In this document: positions 1-12,542 of the stretch, piece by piece
How the letters are laid out: the number at the start of each line of letters is the position of its first letter
Position numbering within the stretch: the stretch's first letter is position 1
Assembly: GCA_030141605.1 (NCBI GenBank)
Contig: JAQGDQ010000226.1
Coordinates: 1-64,000, forward strand
DNA length: 64,000 bases
Source of the DNA: Tubiluchus corallicola
Taxonomy: Eukaryota; Animalia; Priapulida
Direction of reading: 5' to 3'
Program-made: the position numbers and the translations under genes
The notes under the pieces: model-generated
The model's input: the letters and a program-made list of their open reading frames with translations, nothing else
The model's database searches: none
Told to the model about the DNA's origin: nothing

Positions 1-34
1 GGTTTAAGCGTGAAACCGCGTCAGTCATCATCAT

Positions 35-118
35 TTGTTAGTCACTAAGTAGTCTTTCGCAAGTTTGGATCCGCCCTTGTTAGTCACTAAGTAGTCTTTC
101 GCAAGTTTGGATCCGCCC
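35..118. repeat. 42-bp exact tandem duplication (2 copies)
   Basis: ttgttagtcactaagtagtctttcgcaagtttggatccgccc at 35-76 and 77-118. Confidence 0.9.
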
Positions 119-509
119 CAGTTTCACTTTTTGATCCCAAATAATTAGTCATGCTTTTAAGCGAGGCAGTTCATTTATTGTAAAAACTTACCTATTGAAA
201 ACGTCTACAGTAGGACGTAGCTGTCGACTCTACAGACGGGTAGATAATCCATTAGCTCCGGGAGAAATGACAAAAACTGGAAACGCAATCGATGATCAAT
301 CAAGGGAAACAATGAACGCTGGTGAAAAGAAGCCATGCTTTTGGTGTCAGTGAAAGAGTTAATCAGACCCTAGTCGCTATGACACCATGGATAGCAGAGA
401 AGTTGATCAATTGCGGCTCAACAAACTGTTTCCGCTAAATTGATTCAATTAGAGAAAATTTCGCTTGGAAGTTGATTAGTTTATTACCTGTTTCACCACC
501 GTGTGGCGC

Positions 510-821
<312 letters not shown>

Positions 822-829
822 TTGAAGCA

Positions 830-1433
830 TAATATTACGTGCATAATTGGCTTTAGCTGTTTTTTGTGAAACGCATTCTGTTTTGTATTATCTACTTTAC
901 TGCATATGAATAAAATGTGCTGAGGAGTTTGCTGTTCCTCTCCACATGGAGGTAAACTAGTATCACACATATTAAGTCTATATAAAAAGCTATTAAAATT
1001 CCCCTGGCCAGTTAAAAAAGACATGGCAATGGATTCTGTTTTGCTTTCATTATTTCCAAGCGGCAAATTCAATGGTTTACATTTTACATTCTGCATTTCT
1101 ACATTTTAGACGTGCACTACCGTACTGCAGAATCTTTTGTTTTACTAAATCATCAGCGCTCTGACATAACGTCTTGAGACTAGATTTAACAACAATTTCA
1201 TGTAATTCAATGTCTAACGGTGGAAGACCGCAAAGTATTTCTAATTTAGTTCGATCTGGTTTAAAAACAGACCCCGCAGCAAACTTCATTATATCATAGA
1301 TTATATCTTCAAATACCGAAAGTTTTTTACTTAACCATGCAATAACACCATACAGCACAATCGACAAAATAGTAGCTTTATAAATATTTACAATGATAGC
1401 AAGTAGCAAACCTCTATATTTACTGTTCCGCAT
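830..1433 (-). mobile_element. Degenerate non-LTR retrotransposon (LINE) ORF2 C-terminal fragment
   Basis: Minus-strand peptides IYKATILSIVLYGVIAW...LEILCGLPPLDIEL (post-RT region) and FLTGQGNFNSFLYRLNMCD...CGEEQQTPQHILFIC (CCHC knuckle), split by a frameshift. Confidence 0.8.
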
Positions 1434-1969
1434 AAATTTACTGTTACTGTTATTATATTTAATGTTAATGTAAAATTAATGTTAATTTCAGCGTTCACGC
1501 TGCTAGTTCTTCGTGGTTACATGCACATCGTCTTTCATTAGTTAGACGGGCACTAGCGCCTGCATCTTGGAAACGTGTTGCACAAAAACAGATGCTGTAC
1601 CACTCAATTCAGAGGTGTTCAGTTCTGACGTAGTGCACACGTTCTAGAACTTATTTGAATTTTAAAACTGAAAATTTGCCGAGTTTTTGTATGTCAAGCT
1701 GAATGTTGTAGTGTTGCATTGTATTTCAACATGCGCAACACGCCTAAGGAATGTTTTGCTTTAAAAAATTATGTTCAGTTGTGACGTCATCACGAGCAGG
1801 GCTGGCCGGCTTTTAATTAAGTTTTCAACTTACTATTTAACTAATAAAAGTTCTTTGGCATTATTGCACGTGTTAAAATATATACACTTTTTTCCTTACT
1901 TTGAAATAGCGTAGGAAATCATCTTGTTTTCCTTTAAATACCAAAATGACTGTACAACACGTAGAAGAG

Positions 1970-3037
1970 CTACTTTGCATCAACAAACCCTGTGTGCTCT
2001 TCTATTTCGCCATCCCAATTTAACTTTACTGTTTTTTTTGGAAAGGCAGTAAAGGCTTGATCCCATCTGTCCAAAAGCTGGAAAAGGCATTTACCGGCCG
2101 TCGGATCGGAGCTAGGAACATGCTCTCCGGGCTCGCGATAATTACAAATCGTAGTCTTGTTGTTGGGAAAATTCCCGTAAAGGGTATAGAGATGATTCTC
2201 ATTGTAGAAGTAGGAAGCGTAAGTTTCCTGCGCCAACGTTCTGTCACCGCTCCACGTGTTTACAAGTAAATCATTTTCATTTGGAATCACAGGTATGAAA
2301 CTGTCATTGTTCAAAGCATCAAATACCCATTCACGAAATCTCTTCCACACACTTGGCATTGGAGCATAGCCCCATGGTCCTGGCTGTTTGTATAAAAACA
2401 CATTGTCGATGCACCCAGGGCAGAGCGGATTTCTGTACCGTCTTCTCCCGTCTTTCAGTCTTCCAATAGTTGTCATCTTTTGCAAAGTTACGCCAGCGAC
2501 GTTCTTGTCATCTTTATAAAAAAGTAGTGCTGCTTTTAACCAGCTGTAAAAGTGTGGCGACACCTCTAAATCATCTTCAAGTATCACGCCATAGTCGTCC
2601 TCTCGTTCTGTGGGCACCCAACAGTTAAACCACTGTAGGCTAGACCCCACGTGTTCAGTATTAACGTGGATATTTTTATGACCGAACGCCCATTCAAATG
2701 ATTTTGACACAGACAAAGTTTTCTCGCAAATACTGTGTGTCTTTGGACTCCTGTCTATGCAGATGTTCAGCGAAACCTCATCACCACTGTAATCAGTAAC
2801 TGCCAGTGACTTCAAAAGTCTGTCTAGCGATTCTGGTCTATTATAAGTTTCCAAATGAAATTCCAGTTTATTTCGAGCGTCCACATTTAGCTCTTTCTCT
2901 AGATTTTTGCTGTCACAGTTTGCTTTTGTGTAACAAGCGGTTGCCACCATGCATAGTAAACTTAACTTCGACGGTAGAAAATGTAAAAAAGAAAACATTA
3001 TGATCATTTTAAAGCACTCACAGAAATTGAGCAACAT
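1970..3037 (-). CDS. Intronless GT-A-fold glycosyltransferase (GT2-like), probably membrane-anchored or secreted
   Basis: Intact 355-aa ORF; hydrophobic N-terminus; TYNRPESLDRLLKSL nucleotide-binding start; VILEDDLEVSP DxD-type motif; WG motif (PGPWGY). Confidence 0.85.
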   Translation of the reverse strand: MLLNFCECFKMIIMFSFLHFLPSKLSLLCMVATACYTKANCDSKNLEKELNVDARNKLEFHLETYNRPESLDRLLKSLAVTDYSGDEVSLNICIDRSPKTHSICEKTLSVSKSFEWAFGHKNIHVNTEHVGSSLQWFNCWVPTEREDDYGVILEDDLEVSPHFYSWLKAALLFYKDDKNVAGVTLQKMTTIGRLKDGRRRYRNPLCPGCIDNVFLYKQPGPWGYAPMPSVWKRFREWVFDALNNDSFIPVIPNENDLLVNTWSGDRTLAQETYASYFYNENHLYTLYGNFPNNKTTICNYREPGEHVPSSDPTAGKCLFQLLDRWDQAFTAFPKKTVKLNWDGEIEEHTGFVDAK

Positions 3038-3636
3038 GTCTCATGGCGCTATGATCACGTGAGAGTCACGTCACCAGCCTCCCTAACCTGAATTAATCAG
3101 TGACGCTCAGTTGAGGGAGTAAAGTTAACTAATTAAGTTATAATGACTAGTTTAACCTACAAAATAAATACAAGACCTGAATATGTGAACTTTTGTCCTA
3201 TGGCCATGATGGAACCCTGTCAATCTCTTAACTGCCATTCGTTTCATAGAAATTCACAGGTAATGCAGGTTGTACCCACGTTGAAGCGTTCATGGCATTT
3301 CAAAATACATCATTAAAATCATCTAACAGTGTCCACGCATATAGAGTTGAGACAGAGGATACAAATCTTTTTGGATATGATTCACGATTTTGTATGATTG
3401 ACGATTGTGCTAGAATAGAGAAAATAAGAAAAAAATGGACTTTAACGATTTAATTTTTTTTTTGACATTTGCAATAACATTATTTCCATGAGCAAAATGT
3501 ACTCTTGTGATTTTAAACGTGTATCGATAACTTGCCATTGAAAATATTATTATCGATTTAGATGTAGTTTTTCACACGTGTCCTTTGCTTGGCCCGCTGG
3601 CTACCTTTGGTTTAAACATAATTTATTGAAGATCGT

Positions 3637-3996
3637 ATGACTAGGTTTGAAACAGAGAGTTTTACAACTGATATATGTTCTATGACTAGGTTTGAAACAG
3701 AGAGTTTTACAACTGATATATGTTCTATGACTAGGTTTGAAACAGAGAGTTTTACAACTGATACATGTTCTATGACTAGGTTTGAAACAGAGAGTTTTAC
3801 AACTGATACATGTTCTATGACTAGGTTTGAAACAGAGAGTTTTACAACTGATACATGTTCTATGACTAGGTTTGAAACAGAGAGTTTTACAACTGATACA
3901 TGTTCTATGACTAGGTTTGAAACAGAGAGTTTTACAACTGATATATGTTCTATGACTAGGTTTGAAACAGAGAGTTTTACAACTGATATATGTTCT
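3637..3996. repeat. 45-bp minisatellite, 8 copies
   Basis: Unit atgactaggtttgaaacagagagttttacaactgata(t/c)atgttct; 360 bp = 8 x 45. Confidence 0.97.
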
Positions 3997-4905
3997 CCCC
4001 TAATGGGAGCAAAACGCTACACAGATGCAGAACAGTGGTGGCTACAATGTACAAAAAAATGTTACAATAAATATAAGTATTACTATGTAGCAAGAGATAC
4101 AAAATTAATACTATTTAAAGTGCTTGGTGTTTGAAATAAAAGACTGCACTAAAACAAAAATTTGAGTGTTCACAGAATTATCTTGGGTATGGTTCCCGTG
4201 CAGGAACAAACCTACAAGACTGTAAATAATGATGTTAAAAGCTGACAAAAGAGTGCAGAGATTTGTAACTAAGTCGTGTCTGCCCTGGTGATAAAGAGGG
4301 CAGCTAATTAAGTAATGACCGACTGTTTCATAAGTAGAACCCCATTGACAACTAGGTGATACTAGCGACCCACCGTAATTTTTACATTTTCTAAGGTATT
4401 AATCATACAAATCAATAAGTTGACAAAAACTAAGTCTCATTCTAGTATGGTGTACAGATGAATTTCGAGTACAACTTGAAAAGTAAATAGGTAACTTATT
4501 AAAATGCATGTGATTCTTTAATCGAGATTTAAATTCTGGTTGTTTTCAGAGCGCTTCTTCGTAAAATTCACTGTAATGACTTATTTACTGTGTTAACAAA
4601 ATTACTGCTACTTCAATGTTGTAATGTATTTTGTACGTAACAAATTTATCAACCGAATCGGTTTAATTTTCTACGTCACTATTCCAGACTCGAGGATCAT
4701 ACTTCTCTTTATCATGTTTTGTTCTTTCTTCATCTTTTTCATCTTGTTATCATTTCCGGTTTGCTTTCCTTAAGACTTCTCAAGAGAAAACTCCATCAAT
4801 TGCATCGTTTTGAAACTAACTGCATTGTCAGTGACAATACGACATTAAAAAAAGCGAAACAAATAGCAAAATTCATAGAACGGGTTCGCCATGGTAAGTA
4901 CTTCC

Positions 4906-5119
4906 TAAAGCTGCGTTTACATGGCATCCGGAATGCGTATGCGTTATGCGAATGCGGAATAGATAAAATCGGTTTGTACTGTTTTCAAAGCACGCGTTTA
5001 TCAGACCAGCGTCGTGCGTTATTTTTTCTGCAGCCATTTTCTATTGATTTTTATTTCCGCAGCTATTCCGTACGCGGATAACGCATAACGCACACCGCAT
5101 GCCAGGTAACGCCACTTAA
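4906..5119. mobile_element. MITE with ~55-bp imperfect terminal inverted repeats (PIF/Harbinger-like)
   Basis: Left end agctgcgtttacatggcatccggaatgcgtatgcgttatgcg...cggaatag matches the reverse complement of the right end (agtggcgttacctggcatgcggtgtgcgttatgcgttatccgcgtacggaatag); TAA-type flanks. Confidence 0.65.
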
Positions 5120-7070
5120 GAATGGATCCGCCACGTATTTCAGCGCCACTAAGTATGTGAGCATTCGTCGAAGCGAAATTAATGAATGTTAGTTAATAAT
5201 TAACCCTCAATTTGGGTTGCAATCTTCACTGCAACCTCGATATTTGACTGCAATAAATGCGAAAACAGTTCTGCCCTTAAAGCAGTAATTTACTGACAGA
5301 AGTTATTCACTGGAGGCAGCAGTAGCCAGGTAAACAGTTTGAGGACTATTTCATTCATCTCCAACGATTGCAAATTTAAATACTATAATTTTATTTCTGC
5401 TGTTTATGAAATGATGCACGAAAATTCGCAAATATTGTCAAATGTATTTAAACTATATGTAAATATAATCAGGGTTCAAACCCGTGGTACGTGCAGTTTA
5501 AGCAAATAGCCCTTGGCTTAATTAGGGTTCGTTTAGAACGCAAATTTGTACACACGTTTTGGTGAATTGGTAAAAATGTAAGCCTTTTAAGTATATATTG
5601 TTCTGCCGTCGTGTTGTGTTTGCAGTTATAATGACCCCTAAGCGGCTAGAACCAGAGCTTTCGGTTGGCGAGAGACCTCGGTTCGAATACCACAACGTAA
5701 AACGAGATTAGTAAACCAAGCGACTGAGAGACATTTACCAGTTTTGAAAGCCCGACAAAAATGCTTCACGGACTTTTGTTGATGAATGAATGAGAAAAAC
5801 TTGAAATTAGCAAACTGCTACTTTATAGTGAGTGAAACTATATGATGAATCTTGAGTAACTGACTAAACACAAAAAAAAACACAAAGAGTAAATTACCCT
5901 CAAGAGATTACCAAACCCTCACATTTGCACCGATACAGTTGGGAGGCAAGTCCTGGGAGGGCAGGTGCAGGCTTGTCCTGTCTAGTGATCAAACTCCAGA
6001 AACCACTGAACTCAAGGAAACAGAATGCGGCACTTATTTTTATAAACTTTGCACAGGTGAAATAGGTAAGTATTTAAATGTGAGTCAATCAGAAGGTAGA
6101 ATTTGTGTATTTTATGCAGGTAAGGTTATTGCATTTTGATTTACAGGGGTGTTTTACATTAAAAACGACTTTGAAATAACATACGGGCTGCATATTTTGT
6201 CCCTGAGTGAGTGAAAGTCTGAACGCAAAACAGAACGAAGCTCAGCCCCGCAATAATATGTACGTTTCTTTATGCTGCAAGCCAGACTCTATGATGGTTC
6301 TGGCGGCTCGGAATCTGGTTCACTGTTGACGATAATTCTCTAAGATTCGACAAAGATGCTGGGAGAAATGATCACCACAGCAACGATTGCTATCGTGAAG
6401 GTGTCCATCATCATTAATGTCAGCATCAAATAATCACATCTTATTTCCGCATGTCATTGGCTATTATGCGTGAAATTAATTTCATATAGTTTAGAGTCCT
6501 ACGTGTAAAAAATTATTTAAGTTATCTAAACGGGAAGGTCTCTGTTTCCTCATGCTGCTGTTCTTTATGCACCGCAGCGTGCAGCAGTAACCCAGAAGTA
6601 GCCTATAGTTATAACTGGCTTCCATAATAACGCATCAGGTCCGACTTTTAGATATTTAGCAGGGAATCCCCTGGGTGGAGGAGGGGTTTTATATGACATT
6701 TTTTTCAATTTTTATCTAGCCAAGCGGAGCTCGTTTTTTGCCAGGAGGTCCCTTCCTCTAGCAGTTACATAAGTAGGACCTATTCTCCACTATTGCTATT
6801 GATAGAGACCAAGGCAAATAAATTACAGTGTAGGTAGTCACTTTAATTGTAGGTAGAGCCACCATAGAGTTGGGTGAATCTCTCTCTGAAAACGCATCGA
6901 AATCTGTGAGAGCCATTCGGAATTAACACCTTTTAAGCTACCGTACAGTTACCTATTAGTACAGAAGTAAAGCTTCGCTCTACGGAAGCCTAATTAAGTG
7001 TCATCTGATTTTACACTTCAAAATTTTTCAACTGTTTCTTTTCAGTTTAAATAGCTCAAGTAGGCTTCAC

Positions 7071-7623
7071 TGTTGTTGTTGGCATCCTTCTGTCTCGGAA
7101 GACAATGGAGTGTGCGCCAAAAGAGTCAGTTATTGATCACATTGATGGAGCTGCAGCGTCGACTGTGGCTGAGCAATCCGATCCGTTAACCACTGAAGTG
7201 GCCTCTCCAAGGCGCACGCCTGGGCAAGGTGTATGGAGATCCTGAGTTGCCAAGACCGCAGCAACCCCCTCTGTTTCTCCCTGGTGTAGTCCAAAGGAAA
7301 GCAGAGCGATAAGTTTGGCACCAGGTTGGCTGCAGGGGCTGCCGGAGTCAGTGAGCATGCTGCACTGGTCCGCCTTCGGGGCTCTACTCCTGATTTGGCA
7401 GGTTTACTCCTCTACACATGGCCGTTGGGTCACTTGACCTCCTTCGCCCTCTAGCCGTTGGCTGCTTGTGCAGCTCCTCCGCCTAGTGTCGAGATGCAGT
7501 GTGGGCATACCGCAAGCTTACACCACCTGGTATTCCTAGGCGGTCACCCATCCAAGTACTAACCAGGCTCTTCGTTGCTTAACTTCGGTGATCAGACGAG
7601 AACCAGTGTTTTCAATGTGATAT
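7071..7623 (-). mobile_element. 5S rRNA-derived SINE (SINE3 type) with RTE-like body and (CAA)n tail
   Basis: The 5S head (7623-7514) runs directly into a ~440-bp GC-rich body with no oligo-T terminator; the body ends in ccattgtcttccgagacagaaggatgccaacaacaac, resembling RTE-clade LINE 3' ends. Confidence 0.75.
7514..7623 (-). rRNA. 5S rRNA-like sequence (5'-truncated by ~10 nt; probably a SINE head or pseudogene)
   Basis: Reverse complement reads atatcacattgaaaacactggttctcgtctgatcaccgaagttaagcaacg...ggttagtacttggatgggtgaccgcctaggaataccaggtggtgtaagctt, matching metazoan 5S including internal boxes A and C. Confidence 0.9.
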
Positions 7624-8991
7624 TACACAATACAATACAATACATGCTTACAAATATTGAAAGATGTTAATATATTTATTTCAAACTTAGAACATAGAGT
7701 TAGTAGATGGAGCTGTCTTATGACAGCCTAACAATATTTAGCTAGACAATGCAATAAAACAGCAAATTAGGCCTATTTCTAAGATGGCGGACTATTTTTA
7801 GAATCGTGCAAGCACAAAGCATTAATATGATCAGCCAGTAATTGAGTCTCGGTCTGCCAGGGCGTCGCCTGTCCGTGGTTAACATTAATGGAACTAAGAC
7901 TTGTACAAGAACATGGCCGCCGATGATTTTGACTGGCTTGGTGAAGTGACCGATTTTTGAGGTTGATAGTGGTGCAAGAAAACGGTGCCCGAGAGTCATA
8001 GATGTTGATGTACCTATCTATAACACAGAAACAAACAAACGATTAAGATTTACACCTCGTATTCATAATTAAAAAAGCAATGTATGTACAGCTGCAGAGA
8101 AACGAAATACTGATATAATTATAACGTTAAAAAGTTCAAACAATGGTGGCAATTAGTCACCAAGTGAACTTTAAAATTATGAACTAATGGTCATCAGAAT
8201 TAAAACTATTTTGTTTCTCTAAGGCCAGTGATTTATTCTTTGAACTTTAAATCAATACTCAACTACTCAGTTACTCAACTTTACTTTACGTAATACTCAT
8301 ACACGTGTCATCATCTATAATAATAATTATAAAGACTATTTAAAGTTCTTACTTGAAGGGGGCTGTGGGATATACAGTCTTAAGTCTCGGGTTTTTGCGT
8401 CACGTCTTGACGATACGTCTAATGCGCTAGGATAAGGTCTGGATTTTGCAGCCTTGACATTTGGGCAACAGTGCCTTGTTGGCGTGGAGAAATGACCGAA
8501 TTCGTCTGATCTACTGCGATAGGAAATTCGCTGGGCGGTTCCATTGCAGGTGAGAAAGGGCGTCACTTGAGTTGGTGATGAAAGAACACGATCGCCTCGG
8601 AAGAACTAATTATAAACAGAACATTGTAATAGTATCATGTCGAGAACTACGCTTGTTGAGTAAAAGTATATATTCACGGTTACTAGCAAACCTGTTTCAT
8701 AGTATACATTTAACTCTACGTAAACTAGTTTTGGATTCATTCCCTATTAGCCGTATAATCACTTACATATAGGTTTCCTTCTCAGAACGTCTATGTAGTT
8801 GTAATCTTGGCAAAATTTTCCTAGCTAGCTTGAAGTGACATAACATTGCGTTACGGTACTCCACCTCCTCCTTATCGAGGATAATCCGTAGCCAATTATC
8901 AGTACGTAGTCATTATATTTGTATTTTGTGGTGTTTATATAAATTGTTTCATTTTGACGTAGTCGTTAACTTAATGTAGCTAATGGCTCTT

Positions 8992-9808
8992 ACGTAGCAT
9001 TTAGCTCTATTTTTTCTCTACCTAAAACGTAGCATTTAGTTCTATTTTTTCTCTATCTAAAACGTAGCATTTAGCGATATTTTTTCTCTACCTAAAACGT
9101 AGCATTTAGCGCTATTTTTTCTCTACCTAAAACGTTGCATTTAGCTCTATTTTTTCTCTACCCAAAACGTAGCATTTAGCTCTATTTTTTCTCTACCCAA
9201 AACGTAGCATTTAGTTCTATTTTTTCTCTATCTAAAACGTAGCATTTAGCGCTATTTTTTCTCTGCCTAAAACGTTGCATTTAGCTCTATTTTTTCTCTA
9301 CCCAAAACGTAGCATTTAGCTCTATTTTTTCTCTACCCAAAACGTAGCATTTAGTTCTATTTTTTCTCTATCTAAAACGTAGCATTTAGCGCTATTTTTT
9401 CTCTGCCTAAAACGTAGCATTTAGCGCTATTTTTTCTCTACCTAAAACGTTGCATTTAGCTCTATTTTTTCTCTACCCAAAACGTAGCATTTAGCTCTAT
9501 TTTTTCTCTACCCAAAACGTAGCATTTAGTTCTATTTTTTCTCTATCTAAAACGTAGCATTTAGCGCTATTTTTTCTCTACCTAAAACGTTGCATTTAGC
9601 TCTATTTTTTCTCTGCCTAAAACGCAGCATTTAGCTCTATTTTTTCTCTACCCAAAACGTAGCATTTAGCTCTATTTTTTCTCTACATAAAACGTAGCAT
9701 TTTGCTCTATTTTTCTCTGCCTAAAACGTAGCATTTTGCTCTATATTTTCTCTACCTAAAGCGTAGCATTTAGCTCTATTTTTTCTCTGTGTAAAATGTA
9801 GCATTTAG
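8992..9808. repeat. 35-bp minisatellite, ~23 copies
   Basis: Unit aaaacgtagcatttagctctattttttctctacc(t/c); period 35 (copies start at 9024 and 9059). Confidence 0.97.
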
Positions 9809-11659
9809 TTGTATTTATTCGCATCGCCATTATCATGTAATCATTCTTTTGCATATAATCATTGTAAGTATCACTTGTTAAATGTTCGTACAATGTAAAA
9901 ATAACTATGCGCATGTTTTGAATTTATCGTTCTTGTTTTCTATAAACGGAATTGCGATATGAACAAACTTTGTTCTAATCGTATATTTGCACCTCGCGAA
10001 ATGTACTTAAACTTTTAAACACCAGGGTTTTCAGTCGCCCAATAATTGCTTTCCCCCCTTTTTTGTGAAGAGCTAAAAAGATGAAAAGTTCCAAAATATT
10101 TACAAAAAAAAACTTAGTCTGCGTTCGCGACTGCATATAGACCTATCTACACAATTTAGTTAGACAAAAATATATTAGAAGAAATCATTATTGCAAAATG
10201 AGGCTGCTTAAAATAGATATTAATTATTTTGATAAACAATTTCTGCGTACTTTAGTTTTGTTGTCCTCTGGCATGGTGATAACAACAAAGTATTACTGTC
10301 AACACGCACGCTATCTTTTAGAATTTTATGGCTCTTGTTAGGGTCAAAACCTTAAAATTTTCTGTAATAGAAAACGGTTACATTGACAACAAAAATTCCT
10401 TGTAACACTGTGACGTCACGCCAGTTCTTATGACGTCATCATGGGTACGTTGGCAAAAATTGGTGACACTGATACGCAAGTTACAACGGCCATTAATCAT
10501 AATGAAAAATTGTGAACACATTACAGCTGGTTGAAAAGAACCCGTATGGGATTTACTGGAATTTATATACCTTGTAATTTCCATATAAACTTCATAAAAT
10601 CTATGCTTTTAAGTAAGTAAGTTTAATTATTACAACATGTTCAGTGTAAGAATCAATCATATTATTTTAATAGATACAAAATTATGCGTTAGTTAGTAGA
10701 TTACAAGGCGAAAGGTGGCGAAGAAGTAAAGGTTATCAAGTACAATTTAGTGCGACAAGTGGCAGGTCTAGTTAAAAAGTGAAAATTACTTAAACTTACT
10801 GATATTGCTTGCGTTATAGGCATTCAGAACATTAAGGTAGTGACACTTTGTGTGTAAACAGACCAAAGTACGGAAATTAAGTACACAGCCTTATACATAT
10901 TATCTACAAACCCACAAACAAATTTGCAAGAACAGCATTAAATCTTGTGTTTCTTGGTTGCCATTAATTTCGTTTTTATTGCGTTTATTTCAAGTTTAGA
11001 GCCTTTGGGAGCAAATGCCTTTCTTGCTACATTTTACATGCGAAAACTAGGCTCACTATTCAAATAAATTCGTTAGAATAGGTTTGCTATATAGACCAAA
11101 ACACTGTGGAAATTTTTGTAGAATATTGTTACGGAAAGTGTCGCTATTTTGCTATGGAAAATTCGACTCGACAACGACCTGCACTGAACGAACTTCTTGC
11201 TTTTTCAGAATCCGAATTATCAAAAGTTATAAGTTGTCACTTTCAGAATGGAAAGACAGTTTGGCGGTACCATGAATTATTGATAAAACGAACTGACTCA
11301 ACTGGTCGCTGTAGGCCTTATTATCAGTATGTGTTTCTTTTTCTTTTTTTCAATTTGTATTGATTTCAGGTCTGTCTATTTTTTACCTAAAGGTCAAAAT
11401 CGTCAAACACAGCGTAGAAAGTTTCAGTTTTACACAAAAACTAGAAGAAAATCCGCTAACGAAGAATTTCTGATACTAAACTTTTTCTTGCTGGTTCATA
11501 TAAGAGGAAATCGTGTGTGAAGGTGTCGTTTCCGAAGAAAGTCTGGAACTTGATTTCGCGTGTTTTAATCGCTAGATGGCGCCAGCAAAATTCGGTCCTT
11601 AGTTACGGCAGCGTTTGGTTATCACGTGTCACATTTCGCTGTGTAGCATTGCTTACAAA

Positions 11660-11740
11660 ATATAAGTCGTGTAGGGAGTCCTGACATAGAGAGGTGAGCA
11701 GAATCATGTCCCTGGACGTGTGATTCAAGAAAGAAAAAGA
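11660..11740 (+). mobile_element. Severely 5'-truncated LINE 3' end with 12-bp TSD
   Basis: gagtcctgacatagagaggtgagcagaatcatgtccctggacgtgtgattca closely matches 47403-47454; flanked by attgcttacaaa at 11648-11659 and 11741-11752. Confidence 0.8.
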
Positions 11741-12436
11741 ATTGCTTACAAACTCAGCGTCACAGCGCTATCCAACGATGCCGTTGGTAGCACATCTGTT
11801 TAGCCTGCAATTTACCGAATTTCACGAGCAAAACCGAACAATATGTTTCGAGTGAAAGTGTAACTTCGAGGCGTGTTTTCATTAGAAATGAAATTAGTGT
11901 TAAATTTTAAGTTATGGTTAACTCTTATTTATTATTATTATTATTTATATACTTTAAATTTGACCTTTAATTTGAACCACGTTACATTTTTATTATTATG
12001 GAAAACGCCTGACGTCGTAAGTGAAGATGCCTACCGCTGCACCAATCTCTGGTTAGTTTCTGATGCAAGCAATAGTTGTGTCCACTGTCCGGTTGCCGTT
12101 AATTGACTTTCTAAGCTAATTATTCAAATTATAAAAGTTAGCAATTGCTATTTTGGACAGTAAATTAAAATGAGATTGAGTCTAAACAATCGTCCGGTCT
12201 TCCTTTAAGTTTAACATAATGACTTCAGATGTAATCTAATAATGACAGGCAGGCTTAACGTATCACATTGGCCTGGCCATCGTGGCTTGTAAGCACGATG
12301 ATTGTAGGCTTGTAACAAACAAGAAAACAAAAAATCTACTAAGTGATAAGTTTGTATGGCAAGTGAAGCCACTTAGAAGCAATTTTCCAGGTGATCATTT
12401 ATTTACCGAGTAGGCTTCTCGTTCCTTAACATTTTC

Positions 12437-12542
12437 AAGAACAACGACAACAAAACGACAACCTCAATGACAATGACAACATCAACATCAACAGTAGCAG
12501 CAATGGCAACAACAACAGCAGCAGCAACAACAACAACAAACA
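12437..12542. repeat. Degenerate (CAA/CAG)n trinucleotide repeat
   Basis: acaacgacaacaaaacgacaac...caacaacaacagcagcagcaacaacaac. Confidence 0.7.

Noticed and set aside
3054-3110. E-box/CRE-like motifs (tcacgtga, tcacgtca) just upstream of the glycosyltransferase
   Set aside because: Short motifs that are common by chance; no TSS information to support a regulatory call
3637-4134. 165-aa ORF with MTRFETESFTTDICS repeats
   Set aside because: A 45-bp minisatellite that happens to be a multiple of 3; near-identical nucleotide copies with no synonymous variation, domain or splice support
5633-5695. tRNA gene (ggttcgaatac B-box-like motif)
   Set aside because: No convincing cloverleaf or acceptor stem; at most a decayed SINE head
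7514-7623. Functional 5S rRNA gene
   Set aside because: The first ~10 nt are missing, there is no oligo-T terminator, it is a single copy rather than an array, and it is fused to a retroposon-like body
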